Shown here: positions 12,001-44,900 of the stretch, piece after piece
Position numbering within the stretch: the first letter of the stretch is position 1
Layout: every line of letters starts with the position of its first letter
Assembly (NCBI GenBank): GCA_963924565.1
Contig: OZ004607.1
Span: forward strand, 2,976,001 to 3,040,000
Origin: Ascidiella aspersa
Taxonomy: Eukaryota
Length of the DNA stretch: 64,000 nt
Direction: 5' to 3'
The notes under the pieces: model-generated
What the model was told of the DNA's origin: nothing
The model's database searches: none
Seen by the model: the letters and a program-made list of their open reading frames with translations, nothing else
Translations under genes and position numbers: made by a program

Positions 12001-13566
12001 TAAGCTCAGTCTGGGCAAGACAAAGACGAGTTTACCAATTTTTAAAGTTGAACGCTTTATTTTTGTTAATGAGAAGTTGACTTTTTCTGATGACTGGAAC
12101 TAAGACTTGTTAGTTTTGCATTTCAAAATGCAAAATAAGCTAATTTTAACAAGCAATTGCTTGCAACACTGTCATATAGTATTTACTTGGTGCTATACTT
12201 CAGAGGCGTAGCAAAAGTATCTTGCACCCGGGGGCAAGCTATAAAATTGGCGCCCCTCCTCCATGTCACATTTTCTATACATTAACATAATATACCTTAC
12301 TTTACCCGGAAAAAGAGTTCAAATTTTAATAGAACATTGTATTTGAAGAAGAAGCGGCCCCATTCTGGCATTTGTAAGCCTCATTTTGCCGCCCCTTGAC
12401 CTTTGTGCCCATGGACATACGCACTTCACCGCCACCTCCAACTACGCCTCTGCTATACTTACTCAAAAGTCAGCAACCAGCGCAAAACTAAAGCACATAC
12501 CTTGAATGACTCGGACGTCGATGGTCTGTTGGCGGAATCTTGTTGTGTTGACGAGTCCGCCTTTTTCAGGACGAGATTGAGAGAGTTGTGGTCTTCTTTG
12601 GCGATTGCCCCCCTGTCTGAGGGGAGTCTTATGCGGGACTTTCCCCGTGACGTCAGAGTTTGCCGGGAATGGGATCGGGTGGGTGGTTTTTGCTTGAAAT
12701 GAAAGTGTTTGTTTTGTTAGTAATGGAGGACTTTAAGATTGTTATGAAAATCAATTTTGTTGCAACCAGTAATGAGGGTAAGCCGAAACGGTCAGGAAAG
12801 CTTTTTTGCAAGTACGCCGTTGTGATAAAAAAAAATATTTTATTAACCATGTCATGTCCTTTTGTAACAGGTCATCCGGCCATCTCCTTTGCCATACTCA
12901 AACAAGTAGAAAATAGATTAACTCAAAACGCTTAAAGGACGTTTTTCTCCGGGTGGTTTTGGGCTTGAATTTAAATAGCTATTCTAGGTAGAAAACGCTG
13001 TTTTTAGTGGATAACAAAATCATGCCTTAATTTGGTATTGAATCACGAAACAGAACCCTACACAGAACAGTCCAACACTTTTTATGTTCAAAAAACGCCT
13101 TTTTCTAGGCTGCTTGTTAACCGATGTCATAATTGCTAGTTCACCAGATAGTTCGTAAATGCATACTTTGTCAATGTTTATTTTGACATATTTGAGGAAA
13201 AAAAGTTAGTTTTTTAATTGGTGTAATGTAAAACCAACATAAAACTGTAACTTAAATGGCTTCTGAAAGTTTCGTCTAACTGAAACTGTTTTTCTATATT
13301 ATTTCTAGTTTTGACACGGAACTACGCGTGTTTGTTACAATATAGTACCATCCAACAAATTATTGAACAAATAAAATACATTAGCAAAATCTCCAAGACA
13401 CAACGGCACTATTGCTAAATAAAATAAAACTATCTTGACATAAATTTCTTACTCTTCTCGGTGGCCTTTTGTGCTGTTTTGGGTTTTCGGCACCTTGCTG
13501 AAAAGTTGTGGCCATACCTTCATCTTCTAGAATGGTAGTTAGCGGTGATGTTGGCTCAGCGTCCAT
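79..13566 (-). CDS. Uncharacterised multi-exon protein (~870-900 aa), largely disordered, with a central CxxC/helical segment and G-x-F/Y-x-P-G repeats
   Basis: Exons in transcript order, all phase-compatible: 13566-13453 (ATG, MDAEPTSP...), 12692-12501, 11613-11513, 10908-10785, 8972-8847 (FHCPKCLAHW), 7866-7644, 6803-5868, 4561-4371, 3437-3247, 2437-2241 (GC donor), 862-717, 246-79 (TAG). A GTGAGT donor at 180 could instead carry the gene beyond the window. Exons are GC-richer than introns and have AG acceptors. No family recognised. Confidence 0.8.
1790..2190 (-). repeat. Two truncated tRNA-derived repeat copies flanking a fragment of a second dispersed repeat
   Basis: AGGTTCGAACTCA at 1808 and 2127. 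Segment 1975-2060 matches 61460-61545 (CGTACTGGCCAACAACGACGGC). More tRNA-repeat fragments at ~37025, ~44075 and ~44840. Confidence 0.7.
2818..3046. repeat. 34-bp minisatellite, ~7 units, each with an AATGACGTCATT palindrome
   Basis: Unit TGGTATTTACT(T/C/A)AATGACGTCATTTGGTACTTAA. Six perfect TGACGTCA and one TGACGTAA. Confidence 0.95.
3925..4330. mobile_element. Foldback-like palindromic element with ~90-bp modular arms
   Basis: Tandem CATACAGAAGTTGGTATAATTTTTGACG units inverted about a centre at ~4120. Related copies at 57040-57325, 28310-28465 and 3130-3230. Confidence 0.7.
4609..4890. mobile_element. hAT-type MITE
   Basis: TIRs (C)AGGGATGTTCAACC / GGTTGGACATCCCTG; 8-bp TSD TTTTAGGG. Confidence 0.85.
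5200..5420. repeat. CGATAC/GTATCG-rich dispersed repeat
   Basis: Duplicated GAGTCGATACCCGATGCCAA.TG.TAGTATCGGTACTTGTCCG. Relatives at ~960-1230, 3465-3545, 8710-8755, 29895-29943 and 35200-35285. Confidence 0.6.
7930..8145. repeat. Local tandem duplication (~80-bp segment, ~137-bp period)
   Basis: AGCGTTTTGGAT...CCAGACATT.GGGCAT.ACTAGAAA(A)GTCTGGTTTACTG occurs twice. Confidence 0.75.
8521..8668. repeat. 41-bp minisatellite, ~3.5 units
   Basis: Unit AAGAATAACTTTTAACCTTCCAATTTCGTT(A/T)TAACCCTTCA. Confidence 0.92.
10345..10725. mobile_element. hAT-type MITE with subterminal GCGGATG repeats
   Basis: TIRs CAGTGCTTTTCA / TGAAAAGCACTG; 8-bp TSD GTTTAGAG. Confidence 0.9.
12201..12452. mobile_element. 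hAT-type MITE
   Basis: TIRs CAGAGGCGTAG / CTACGCCTCTG; 8-bp TSD CTATACTT. Confidence 0.9.
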
Positions 13567-14138
13567 TATTATAATTCCTTAGTTTAAACAAGAAAATCTT
13601 TAAATTAGAACTAATTTCTTTAGAGTAATTTAAAAGTTTGTTGTGACTGGAGGCATGTTTATATCCCGAAACGTCACAATTGCCATTGTCTTGCTGATTG
13701 TGACTAAGGTAATGAAAAGACAAGTCATTCTCGGCTCCAAAACATTTGGTTTGTACTGTATATTTTTTCCAAGCAGAAAAATAAGCCAAAACTGGTGTAT
13801 TTTGTGCAGCCAATTATTTGTCTAGACTTATTTTGTGTTTTAGTTAGCTAACTTTTACAATATTTATGGCAGCCGCACCTAGCTTACTTAAAAACATCCC
13901 TATTTGAAAATACCTAGAGCCACTTTTTGTAAATTGGGTCAATAAATGTAAAACAAATAGGTGTGAGTCTAACATACTATTTAATTGCGTTTATACACTG
14001 TTTTTTGACTTACAGGATAAAGTATATATTGCTGGGATTGTTATCTATCAGTATAGATATTTGTTTTGGTTTGTTTTTCATTTCTATGGATGTAACGGTG
14101 ATCTAGGCTCAGAAAATAATCACAGATTTACTTTTCAG

Positions 14139-14368
14139 GTAAATTGATAGCAGCCCAGTACGTTTACGCAACTGTGACTGGGATAACTGTAACGGATGAT
14201 CAACGCGTTATTATTACAAACAAGATGGGATTCGTTATTGTCGACAAACTCATCGACGAGAAAAACCCTGCCGCACCGGAAAAAATTCGAAGCCCTGGCG
14301 CTCCGGAAAAGCGCAAAACGTCTTCCCATAAAAAACGCCCGAAATCTTCAGTATGCCAGATCGCGTAG
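14139..14368 (+). CDS. Putative small prenylated protein: last or only coding exon, ending KRKTSSHKKRPKSSVCQIA* (polybasic + CaaX)
   Basis: TTTTCAG acceptor at 14132-14138 and an open frame to TAG 14368. In-frame ATG at 14225 in AAG-ATG-G context gives 47 aa. Alternatively a phase-1 exon 12723-12777 (ATG...GAG G|GTAAGC) gives 94 aa. AATAAA near 14668 and 14800. Confidence 0.5.
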
Positions 14369-14891
14369 TTTAAATCTGTACTGTACTGTTAATCAAGATG
14401 TACTTACTTGCAACTGTTTTTTAAAATAGGCTTTGTGGAAGCATTAGGTTCGGAGGCAGTGTTATGGCTAAAAGACAGCTATTCTGTTGTACCTTATTAC
14501 TTTGGTTTTTAATAACTTTGGTAGACGCTATGCACCTAATGAAATCGTAAATTCTGAGTTGAGATATTTACTATTTCGATTTTTTTAGCGCTTAGATTAG
14601 TTTAGAGCAGTTTATGTTTTAGTCCTATGACGAAAAATCTTTAAACTAAATCATCAAGACTCTTAAAAATAAATGTTTTTTTTCACGTTTAAGAAAATCG
14701 TCTGTTTTCTAATTCGCCGCACTTATGTGTTTTATGCATTTGTGAAATTTGTAACACTCGCTTTGTTTTATTGCGCAATTTTAATTTCAGCTATTTTATA
14801 ATAAAAATGTATTTTTAAATTCTGTCTCGAAGAAAACTGTTCTGGTGAAAATAGGGTTACAATAATAAAAAAACACAGATGAGCTACAATC

Positions 14892-15348
14892 CAGGGGTTG
14901 CCAACACGCCACTCACGAGCCGCATTCGGCTCTTCACCCAGTTATATGCGGCTCTTACGTTCATGTTGCACTGAATTTTAAACTGTTTCGATTTCGTTGG
15001 TTAAGGGATGAATTATTGCCGGTTCCGACTCAGATTGTTTGCCTTGAGGCCAATGTATTTTTGAGCATTACTTTTGAAACAAGATAAACGCAAAAAAATA
15101 TGCCTAAATAATATTGATAAATAACATTATATCGAGAAATGTGTATTTTTTTCATCCAACGCGTCGCGTCTCCTTACTTAACGAATTAAAGGCACTTTTT
15201 TCGCGCTTCGTGCGATCGCTTTGTGGAAGTGAGTAAGAAATGGAGTGATAGGCCCATTCTTTTCGTTCCATGTGTGTAAAGTGTGGCTCTTAGCGGTTAA
15301 CCAAGTAACAAATCCCGCTCTTGGTATTTGATTGGTTGGCCACCGCTG
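14892..15348. mobile_element. Degenerate hAT-type MITE
   Basis: CAGGGGTTGCCAAC / GTTGGCCACCGCTG ends with GGCTCTT subterminal motifs. TSD is degenerate. Confidence 0.6.
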
Positions 15349-15513
15349 GGCTAAATTCATGACGAAATCCTAGACACATTGACAGGATTGATAAACATCT
15401 GTGAGGCACTAATAAAGTACTATTTTAAGTATTTATTTTAATTTAATAAACACTAAAATACCATTCCAAATTTCCCACTCAACTGGATTATAAAGGAAAA
15501 AAATCCCCTAATG

Positions 15514-15848
15514 CAGTGGTCTCCAACCTATGGGTCACATCCCATGTGGAGTCGCCTAAACCTTTTATGGGGTCGCCATCACTCACCAATTCCTGCAGTT
15601 TTAGTTGCTTCATTGCGCTTGTGGTTTAAACGAACGCAATGAGTGTATTGAAAGTGTTAAAAAAATTATTTTTCGTTCTCAATTTGATGCTACCAACAGT
15701 TCTCTGGAATTGTGCATAATTTAAGCATAAATCGTTCGTGTTATTTATTTTAACAGTACTTGTCGAAAACCAAACTTAGGCCGCATGTAAATGCTGATTT
15801 ATTTTCATTAAACTTGTTGTCGGTTAATAAAAAGGTTGGAGACAACTG
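15514..15848. mobile_element. Degenerate hAT-type MITE
   Basis: CAGTGGTCTCCAACCT / AGGTTGGAGACAACTG ends. TSD is only partly conserved. Confidence 0.7.
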
Positions 15849-18800
15849 CCCTTACACAAAGTGTTCCTTTAAAATCATGGAAAAAACAGACGAAGAAAAA
15901 CCATACGTGAAAATAAACATTTTATGATCTTTTCCAGTTTTCCAAGTCTAAAGGTCAAGTTTAATTGAGTCTGGGAAGTATAATATAAATCTTACACAAC
16001 AGGAAGACAATAGTTGGGTACACTATGCACGGATCTGTAATGTAGCTTGATAATAAATTGCAAAGCCAAAAAGGTCGAGTAGATCGACATCATCTTGATT
16101 AAGACGTTTAGACACGAGCGTATATCATTATCAGCTAATGTGACTGAGAAGCAATTCAAGCATTACTCATAAGAGATGGGACGCAATTGTCATCAGCAAG
16201 ACAATAAAGTCGTGAAATTACTCTTTAGGCCTATTTATTTTCTTCTGAAATTACTGTTTAGCTATTTAACGTTTCCTTGAAGCGACAATAAGTCTCGATT
16301 GCAATTTAATTGCAATTTAATATTTTATTTTCTTTTTTTATTCGGTCAAAAATATACTTAGACAACACGAAAGCGGCGTCGCTCTGGCTAAAGCGTAATT
16401 TTATGAAGGAATTTCAAAAAAAAAACATAAAAAATGTTGCATAAAAGAAATATACCTGAAAAATATGGGCGAAATATTAATTGAAAACGTTACTTTAGTT
16501 TTTAAAGTAAGTATTTTACAATAAAACTAGCAATGAGTGGCTCTGTTGTTACAGTTTTGTAGATCAGTTGGCAATACGATCCTGTATGCAAACCCTACCT
16601 GGAAAACGGAGATTTCCAAAACATTGTCAAAAATCGAAACATCTTACCGTTAAAAGCAATTTTTATTATTTTAATAAGCGAAAAACGCCTTTGAACGTTT
16701 GATTTTTTTCTATTTTTGCTTTGTTTGAGCATAATAATTACGCAACTTGGTATAGGATTGCGTTGGTACCTTTAAACCAAAATCGTTGGTAAAAAATCGA
16801 GTCGTTACCGGGAAAAATAAAGTATCGACATCCAAAGAACCAAAGAAGTTATCTACTGATTACAATTGCCCAAGCAGCGACATGCCTTCTTTCTTTTGGC
16901 GCTAACACCTGACTTACCTTTTTCTAGAGTCATTCTAATGGATTTAGTTAGTTGCTTTTTCTTTTATAAGATAGTTGGTGCTCTTTTGTTGTCATTCGCC
17001 AAAATTTATAATGGTTTTATAATATAAAACGGATTTAAACCTAGCTTGTCTGCAAACTTCGTACAATAGACAGACTATAGTTTAAATTTTAGGAAATGTA
17101 CTTTGACTTTTTACTGAGTTTTTGCAATAATTGGCGTTGTACTATTGAATCATAAAAAATTAGAGTTAGTTCTCCGAAATAGTTTAGGTTGAAAAGTGTA
17201 GAGCACTGATTTGACGATTTGCGCACTGATGTTTTTTTTAGCATGAGGCATATTTGTGCAAAACCTTGCTGGCTAATAGCATAGGTCGCAAAAGTTTTTC
17301 TTGGTGTAGCGTTAAGAAGTACTTACCCCAATGCGTTGCCAACTTGACGTCACTATACACGTGATCGGTGTCCACTGAGGTGTGACCAATGCCCGGGTTA
17401 GTGGGATCGGCGTTTCGCGATTTCATTCAACCTTATAATTTTCATTTCTGGTTACTGGGTACAACTTTAAGTAACGGCTTATATAAGTCACCCTGTTACG
17501 TTATAGTGTGACTCGGGCTCCGAATAGCGACCGTTAGAAAGGCGATTGTAATTAGAGCGACTAAACAAAAGAGATACATTTAAATCAGCAGCAACAGTAT
17601 ATACTTCTCCTATTGTTCATCTAACAATTTTACTATGCCCCCAACAAAATTTATATATATATATATAGAACTCTTTATAATTTGTATTGAAGCATTTATG
17701 AGCAGTATGACAATCGATTACATGCCTTCAATTGTCATGCACTGTTACGTCACAAATTATGTAGTTAATATTACGTTTGCTATATTTAAGTTTTACTACT
17801 TTTCACTCATTTTGTTGTGGCTCTTTCAATGTTTTTTGAGTATTGCGTTAAAACTCAGTCAGTTGCTGCTCGAAAAGGTTTGTTAGAATATTTATTTCTG
17901 TTTGATACGACAGTTCATACAATGGCAAAAGCTAAACAAAAAAAATACGACTTGCTACGCCACCAGTCATCAGGTGCGACACAACCTTAACAAACGCTTA
18001 ACGCTAAACTTAATTTGAATATTTGATCAAAACAAGTTGTAAATTTGCTAAAAATGTGATTTTTTTGGTAAATTGGTGCTGCGGTTTCTCTAATAATTTG
18101 AAAGTAGCAAAGTTAATCTAAATAAAGGGTCTGAAACACACTTACATAACCACTATGAAGACAAAAATGGGTAGAAATTGTTACGCTTGATGATTAACAC
18201 ATAATTACTGTACGCATGGGTTGACAGAATTACATAATTACGCATAGATTGACACAATGGTCTGTTAATCGATATGACATATTGCTTATAGTTCACACAT
18301 CCGATTTGATTGATCGGTTTTGTAAACGGTCTTAGTTAAATAGTTAGTGTGCAAAAGACGAACCATAACAAATGTATGTAAAAGGACGCATTAGTCTAAT
18401 TCGAAATAGACTGAGAGGAATAAGGTGGCAGTGTATAAATAACAATGTAGCAACGGCTTATAGCAGAGGTCATCAAACTGAGCGTCGAGACGGTAACTAT
18501 AGACCGCAATCAAATGCTAATTAATATTGACTTATGCATTTAAACCAGTGATTTAAATACACACTACCTATACTAAATTAATCATATTGAGACATTTACA
18601 AATAGTTTGTCGTGTGTTAAGGGTGATTGTAAAATGACTCTATTGTTGTTCTGTTAAAAGTGAGCTGCGAAATATTTAAGATATTTTTAGTGTGCCGCGA
18701 GTCAAAAAATTTGGGAACCACTGATTTAAACTTTGTTTTACTGTAACAATGGAATATTATCATTTAACAATCACCTTTCTCACTTGGAATTCAGTCGTAA

Positions 18801-20404
18801 ATTGTCGTGCGTCGTGCGTGACAATTAAGGTCAGAACAGTCAGATGTATAGATTAAACAAAAAGCCAATTTTGCAGCTAAAATATCAATTGAAACAACAT
18901 TTTTTTGCCTGTGTTATGATTTCTTGTCCTGTTTTAGGTATATACAGTAAGTTCAGTTGCTTCATGTTTTCTTTCTTTTGTGTGTTTTTGATAAACAAAC
19001 AGGTAAAGAAAAACTATTGAAATTCCCATTATTTGGTGCGTTTTTTGAACGAAAACAAAAAAAGTTCAGGAATCACTGGCTTTTTCCTATGTGTAGCTTC
19101 AATCAAAACGCTAAAACCAACACTCCTAAAGAAAAAGGGACTGGCCGGTCGTTGTTTTTGTTCTAGAAACTTTGGCGGGCACATAATTGACCTTCATTCA
19201 GGCGAGTCGAGCTGTCTCAGGGTCTGGTGTCAGTGTGACTTGCAAGTCATGTTCGAAGTATTTAAGAACAGGGCTTCTTAAACAAGTTTCAGTAAGGGCA
19301 GAGATACAAAAAAAACTTGTTTGTTTTTGGAGGTCTAGGTATTTTAAAATGCAGCACGTCGATGCGTTATATTTAATTGGTGAATGAAAATATATTTTAT
19401 GTTGGTTGCGATTGAAAGCTTATGCTCTGGTTTAACGTTTTCTAAAGAAGAAGATGTGAGAAAAAACATTTGACAGTTTTAACTACTTCGTGCTCAGCTG
19501 ATAAGCTGGTGTACATTTTGCTAGCTTGTCACCTATAGTTTTATGTATCTGCGATTCCAACCGACACTTCTGGAATCATTAGTTTGGTGAACCTAAACGT
19601 TGCAACTGGCGGCGTGTTTGGTATAGTTTTTCAAGAAGTGGATTTTGCACATTACGAGTGGCATTTCGTTTTTTTGAAGTTTTTTTGTCGTTACTAACAA
19701 TACATGGCCTTAAGGAAACCGGCCTGAACGGGCAAATAAAAATAACTTTGCCAAATGAAATCGACACATTCCAAGATATCGTAATTGTTCAACATGAACG
19801 TAAGAGCCGCATGTAGAAAATTTCGCCTAAAACGCTCTGCATAGAAAAACATGCTAAAAATGTGACGTAAGGTCTTGCTTTGTATTGATTTTAACAAAGT
19901 AACAATCGTAAATAAAACAAATGTTATTATGCTAAATTTAAAATATTATTTCCCCCAAAAGTCGATTTTCCCAGTCGTACTTTCGGTTAACATCCAGCCT
20001 GTAGTACACCACGATGTATACATCTATACAAATCACAGCTTGTAGTATCATAGCTTGCCCGTTTATTTTAAAAGGCATTTCCCAGTAGACAGGGAGCTGA
20101 AAGGCTGCTGGCCGGTGTCGTCTAAAACCGTTCCTTTAACAAATATAAAATATCCGCCGAAATTTATAGCTTACAAATGCGGTTGAAAGCTCAGGATTAC
20201 TGGCCGCTAAATAGAGATTGTCGGGACTCTTTCAAATTTGGACGCACAGGCGAAACCGTTACAACAAAGGCAAAACATTTTGCGCTGTTCTACTCAGCTC
20301 AATATAATTTAGATAAGTTGTTTCTTATCGTGTTGTTGCTCACGTTTTTTCTTTTTTTTTTCTTTGTGTTTTGTCGATTTATTGCACCACGAGCTTTTGG
20401 TGTC

Positions 20405-20454
20405 ATTCACCCTGAAGAAGGCGATTTGAATTGGTTGCCGAAACGTTGGTTAAC
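20405..20454 (+). ncRNA. Minimal type I hammerhead ribozyme motif (Penelope-like element type)
   Basis: ACC-CTGAAGA-A-GGCGATT-TGAATT-GGTTGCC-GAAA-CGT-T-GGT: core boxes present, 7-bp stem II (with G-U pairs), palindromic AACGTT in place of stem III, stem I ACC/GGT. Confidence 0.6.
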
Positions 20455-21460
20455 AATTACAATTACCGGAGTGTCGTTTATGATTAATGTTACTTTGCCT
20501 GGTAGCAATGGTTTACATATATTATGTTTTTGAGCGTGCTTAAATAGTGGCAGACGAACACTGGTTGACCACGAGCCACTAACACCTCATTTTGGGAATG
20601 TATTTCAAGCGGCAGTCCACTAATTGCAAAGCTAGTTTTTTAATGTGTTTTTAAATCGAGTATACAGCCTTTGAAAGCATTTTTTAGTTTGCGTTTATTT
20701 AAAAATGGAAAACTATGTTGATTACATGTTGTTTAGTGTTGTAACGCAACAAATATTGTGCATTGATAAGAGCTAAAACTTTTTTTATTGAATAACAATA
20801 TTTAGGTGTATGTTCAACATAAAATACATTAACGTTGTTTTCCAAGTTATGGCGCTAGGATTTTTAAAAACAGGTTTAAATATTTTAATAAAGGCGATCA
20901 TAGTATTTTGCTTTGAGCTTCGTTCGACGCTGTTTTGAATGTAAACAAACTTGCACAACTAGCTAATTCTAATTGCTCTATTCGCCAATCGAAGTTATCT
21001 AATTTGTGTTTGCTAATGTTCCCTTCGCTTTTAATTCGAATATAATTTTTGCTTGCATGAAATATGCTACATTATAAATCGGCGTTTTGTATAGTTTTTG
21101 TTTAAATTTAATATTTGGCAATGCTGTTTAGTTATAAGCCTATAAAAAAGTCCAATCTTGATGTAATCTTTGATATTTACATTCAAATCAGAACAAAGCG
21201 TAAATTTATTTCAATTATTTCTGAATTTAATGAATGCAATTCTTGTTCAGATTTTAGTTAAATTCTTATAGTTTTCTTGAATTCGGTAATTCCAATTCTA
21301 ATCAAGTTGGGAAAAAACGAAAAACTATAATTTTATCTCCAATCTAATTACAGAGAGCTGAAAAACAAATTGAGTTATCCAAGTTTACATACAAGGGAAG
21401 TTAACCCGGCTTTATCCCGAAGAAGACTTGCACAACAGCCCCTGTGGGTTTTGGTGAAAC

Positions 21461-41991
<20,531 letters not shown>

Positions 41992-44900
41992 TTTGGAAGA
42001 TAAAAAACACTTCCAACTTACGTAATCTGTTTTGTTTTTTGATATCCTTCAATGAAATGTTTTTTTGTTCGTTTTTTGCCTTTCTAAAGTTGTGCAGCAT
42101 TTCTACCTTCATGAGGTTTGTTATTTTGCTATGTTATCAACATTGGTGTGTCAAATGAATTGTGCAAATATACCTATTTTCGAAAAATTTCAAAGGCCTA
42201 ATTAATGCAGGATAGTAACTTAATAGCAAAAAAAATGAAAAAAACGAAAAAAGCTAAAGCCACACAAAACTTTAAGGTAAAAAAAGTTTTTTTTCCAATT
42301 CGATCCAAAGTTCAGCAGAAACTGGTTAGTGTTGTTCAGCTGTGATCAAATCAACATTTGTATGAAATTTCAATATATTGAACAAATCACCTAGATTTAA
42401 GACATTTTGCTTGTTTTTTTCAGGACTTTAAATTCGTTTTAATTATAGTTTTAGCTAAATCGCCTTTTTATTATTTCTTTTTTATACAGGAAAACTTGGT
42501 GAAAAAATAAATTTGCAACGGCTATTGTCACGCCCTTTTTTAGAATCGTTTTCGGACATTTTAAAACCATAATTCAAGTTTTCTTGAAATTCGTCAAATC
42601 ACAAAACTTCATTGCGTGGGGTTGCGTGCATGCTTTACTTGTTTTTCCATTGTGACGACACGACGACAACAACAACGGGCGACACTGTGACGTAATAATA
42701 AATAGGACAGGCGAAGGTTAAACACTGAACAATAAAACGTCAGGGTAGTACAGAACAGCAAAAAGCAGCGAATAACGCGTTTTGATAAAACTCAGTGATT
42801 AATTCTGGCAAGAAAACGCACCGCAATTTAGTTTTTATTTTCGAATTGATGACATTGCTCTATGTTAGACCACAACAAAAATACAGGTAATTTTCAGGAC
42901 AGACAGTAAATGGATTAAATCCTCTGGTAAAGCTAGCAAAATTTACGGATTGGTACAAATGGCGTTTTGTTTGCTTGCAACATTGGTCAGGTACCGAACA
43001 AACAGAAATACGAGCAAAACTGAGAGAAAAATGGCACAAAACAGAGAAATAGCGGTTAAAGTTGGCTGCAAAAATTCTGTCATTTTTTCAACCTTCCTTA
43101 GTACGTAGGGAACGGGCGGTGGGTGTCATGCATGGGCGGTCATGTGTGGCGGGGCGGTACATGCACAGTGGGCAATACTGCAACGTGGAAAGCGACAACA
43201 GAATATACAGGTGAAAAAAGTAATAGCACACAACGGAACGGGGAGGAAAAACCAGAATAACACCATCGATGTTCGGTAAATGAAAGCAGAAAAGTACGGA
43301 TATTTTAGCTACAGAAAATGTGCTTTAATCGATAACTTAATAGGCGTTGATTTTGCTACTATAGGAGAACAGCTTAATAGGTTAAATGGCAATTACATAC
43401 TGTGCGTAATCGATTAGGTAAGATTCAGTAAATAGGTATTTTACAACCGTAGTAACAGCGGTTCAGGTAAAGTGTAAATAGGCATTGATTTTGGGCTAAC
43501 ATAAAAGAACAGCTTAGTATTTTTTTAATACTATTCGATAAGCGATTCACGTTTTTTTGTTATGCGCTTACGAGCTACAGCATACCATTTTCAACGTATG
43601 TTGTGCTTTGCGGTATTAAGAATTAAACGTTGTTTTTCATGATTCATGTTTGTAGTCTGGAGATCATGGAAATACGGCGAAAGCATGCCTTTTTACACGA
43701 CGACAAAAACTTGCAATTACAGCAGCGTTTTTAGCCTCTGTGAATTGACCAGGGCGCGAACACTGCTTTGGCAATTAGAATTCGGAGTTGCAAACTACTG
43801 ATTTGTACACTTCGCGCTTAGTTCAAGAACTTGGACATTTCACTTGATACGGACAATTTCGGTGAAACAAGCTACTACTGAAAACAACTTTAATCAACCA
43901 AGTAACCATACGGCGCAGCTGAGTGGTTCTTTCCCAGTGAATAATCAATTGAAAAAGAGTAATTTGGGATTTTAAGGGTTAATTCGAAAAAAGTAGGATT
44001 ACTACTTAAAAATAAGACTAATCGAATCAGTCATTAATAATAAACCAAGAAAGGCAGGCTTAAAAAAAACTAGAGATTCGAAATTACGACTTCGGCTGTC
44101 GCTTTACCAACTAAGGCTTTTAAGGTTAACTTTAAAATTGTTTATAGAAATCTAGAAAGTTATTTTTGGCGGTGACCGCAATTAAAAAGATTAACAATCC
44201 CAGTCGTACGTTATTGCGTGAACAACAATACACCACAGTGACATCACACACAAGCGCCGCGCGTCATGCGTGACGTCACACCCAGCCTGTCCTTGTCTTC
44301 TGTCGGCCCGCGAGCGCAACGCGAAAAAGAAATCGGCAAAAAACAAAAAACTGCAAAAAAACAAAAACAAAACTAAACAGTGGCGGACTTAAGGTAAATT
44401 GTGAAGAGCAAAATTAAATTGAAGCGGAGAACAGAAAGGTTTACAAAACTGAACTTGAAATAAAAATGCTACTGACGTCATGCTGGAAATAAACAGTAAA
44501 AGGTTATTTACACAAGGGTCGGTCCTCTTAAAGGTGTTGTGTTGGTCGGTGGGTACATCGCTGTAGAAGCAAAAGAAATAGCGGCAGCCTTGGTTCGATG
44601 GGGACGTGGTGATGGAGGGATTTGCCTGCAAGTGCACGAAAAGGTGCCGATTTATAAGATGGTACAGTTGGTACACCTTTATTCAGAGGCGGAAAACATT
44701 TTTTGCCCATGCGCCGCCTTTTAACTTATAATTCAGCTGTGCACACAAAATTTTGACCCCCTTTCAGTCATCTGAAGACTGATAATTTTGCACAATTGGC
44801 AGTGTTAAATAGAACAGTATAATCATTTCTATGTGGCCAGGTTCGAACTCCGGCTATACCGGGACCGTCGCTCTCCCAATTAAAACAACGCCGTTTAAAT

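Noticed and set aside
13643-13825. Signal-peptide-like ORF MFISRNVTIAIVLLIVTK as the first coding exon of the CaaX gene
   Set aside because: Its donor is phase 0 and gives an immediate stop when joined to 14139. At most a uORF or UTR exon.
15368-15396. Faint resemblance to an 18S rRNA segment (GACAC...GACAGGATTGA)
   Set aside because: Too short and gapped, with no flanking rRNA similarity.
17940-17980. Third hammerhead candidate (CTGATGA on the minus strand)
   Set aside because: No GAAA box after the putative stem II.
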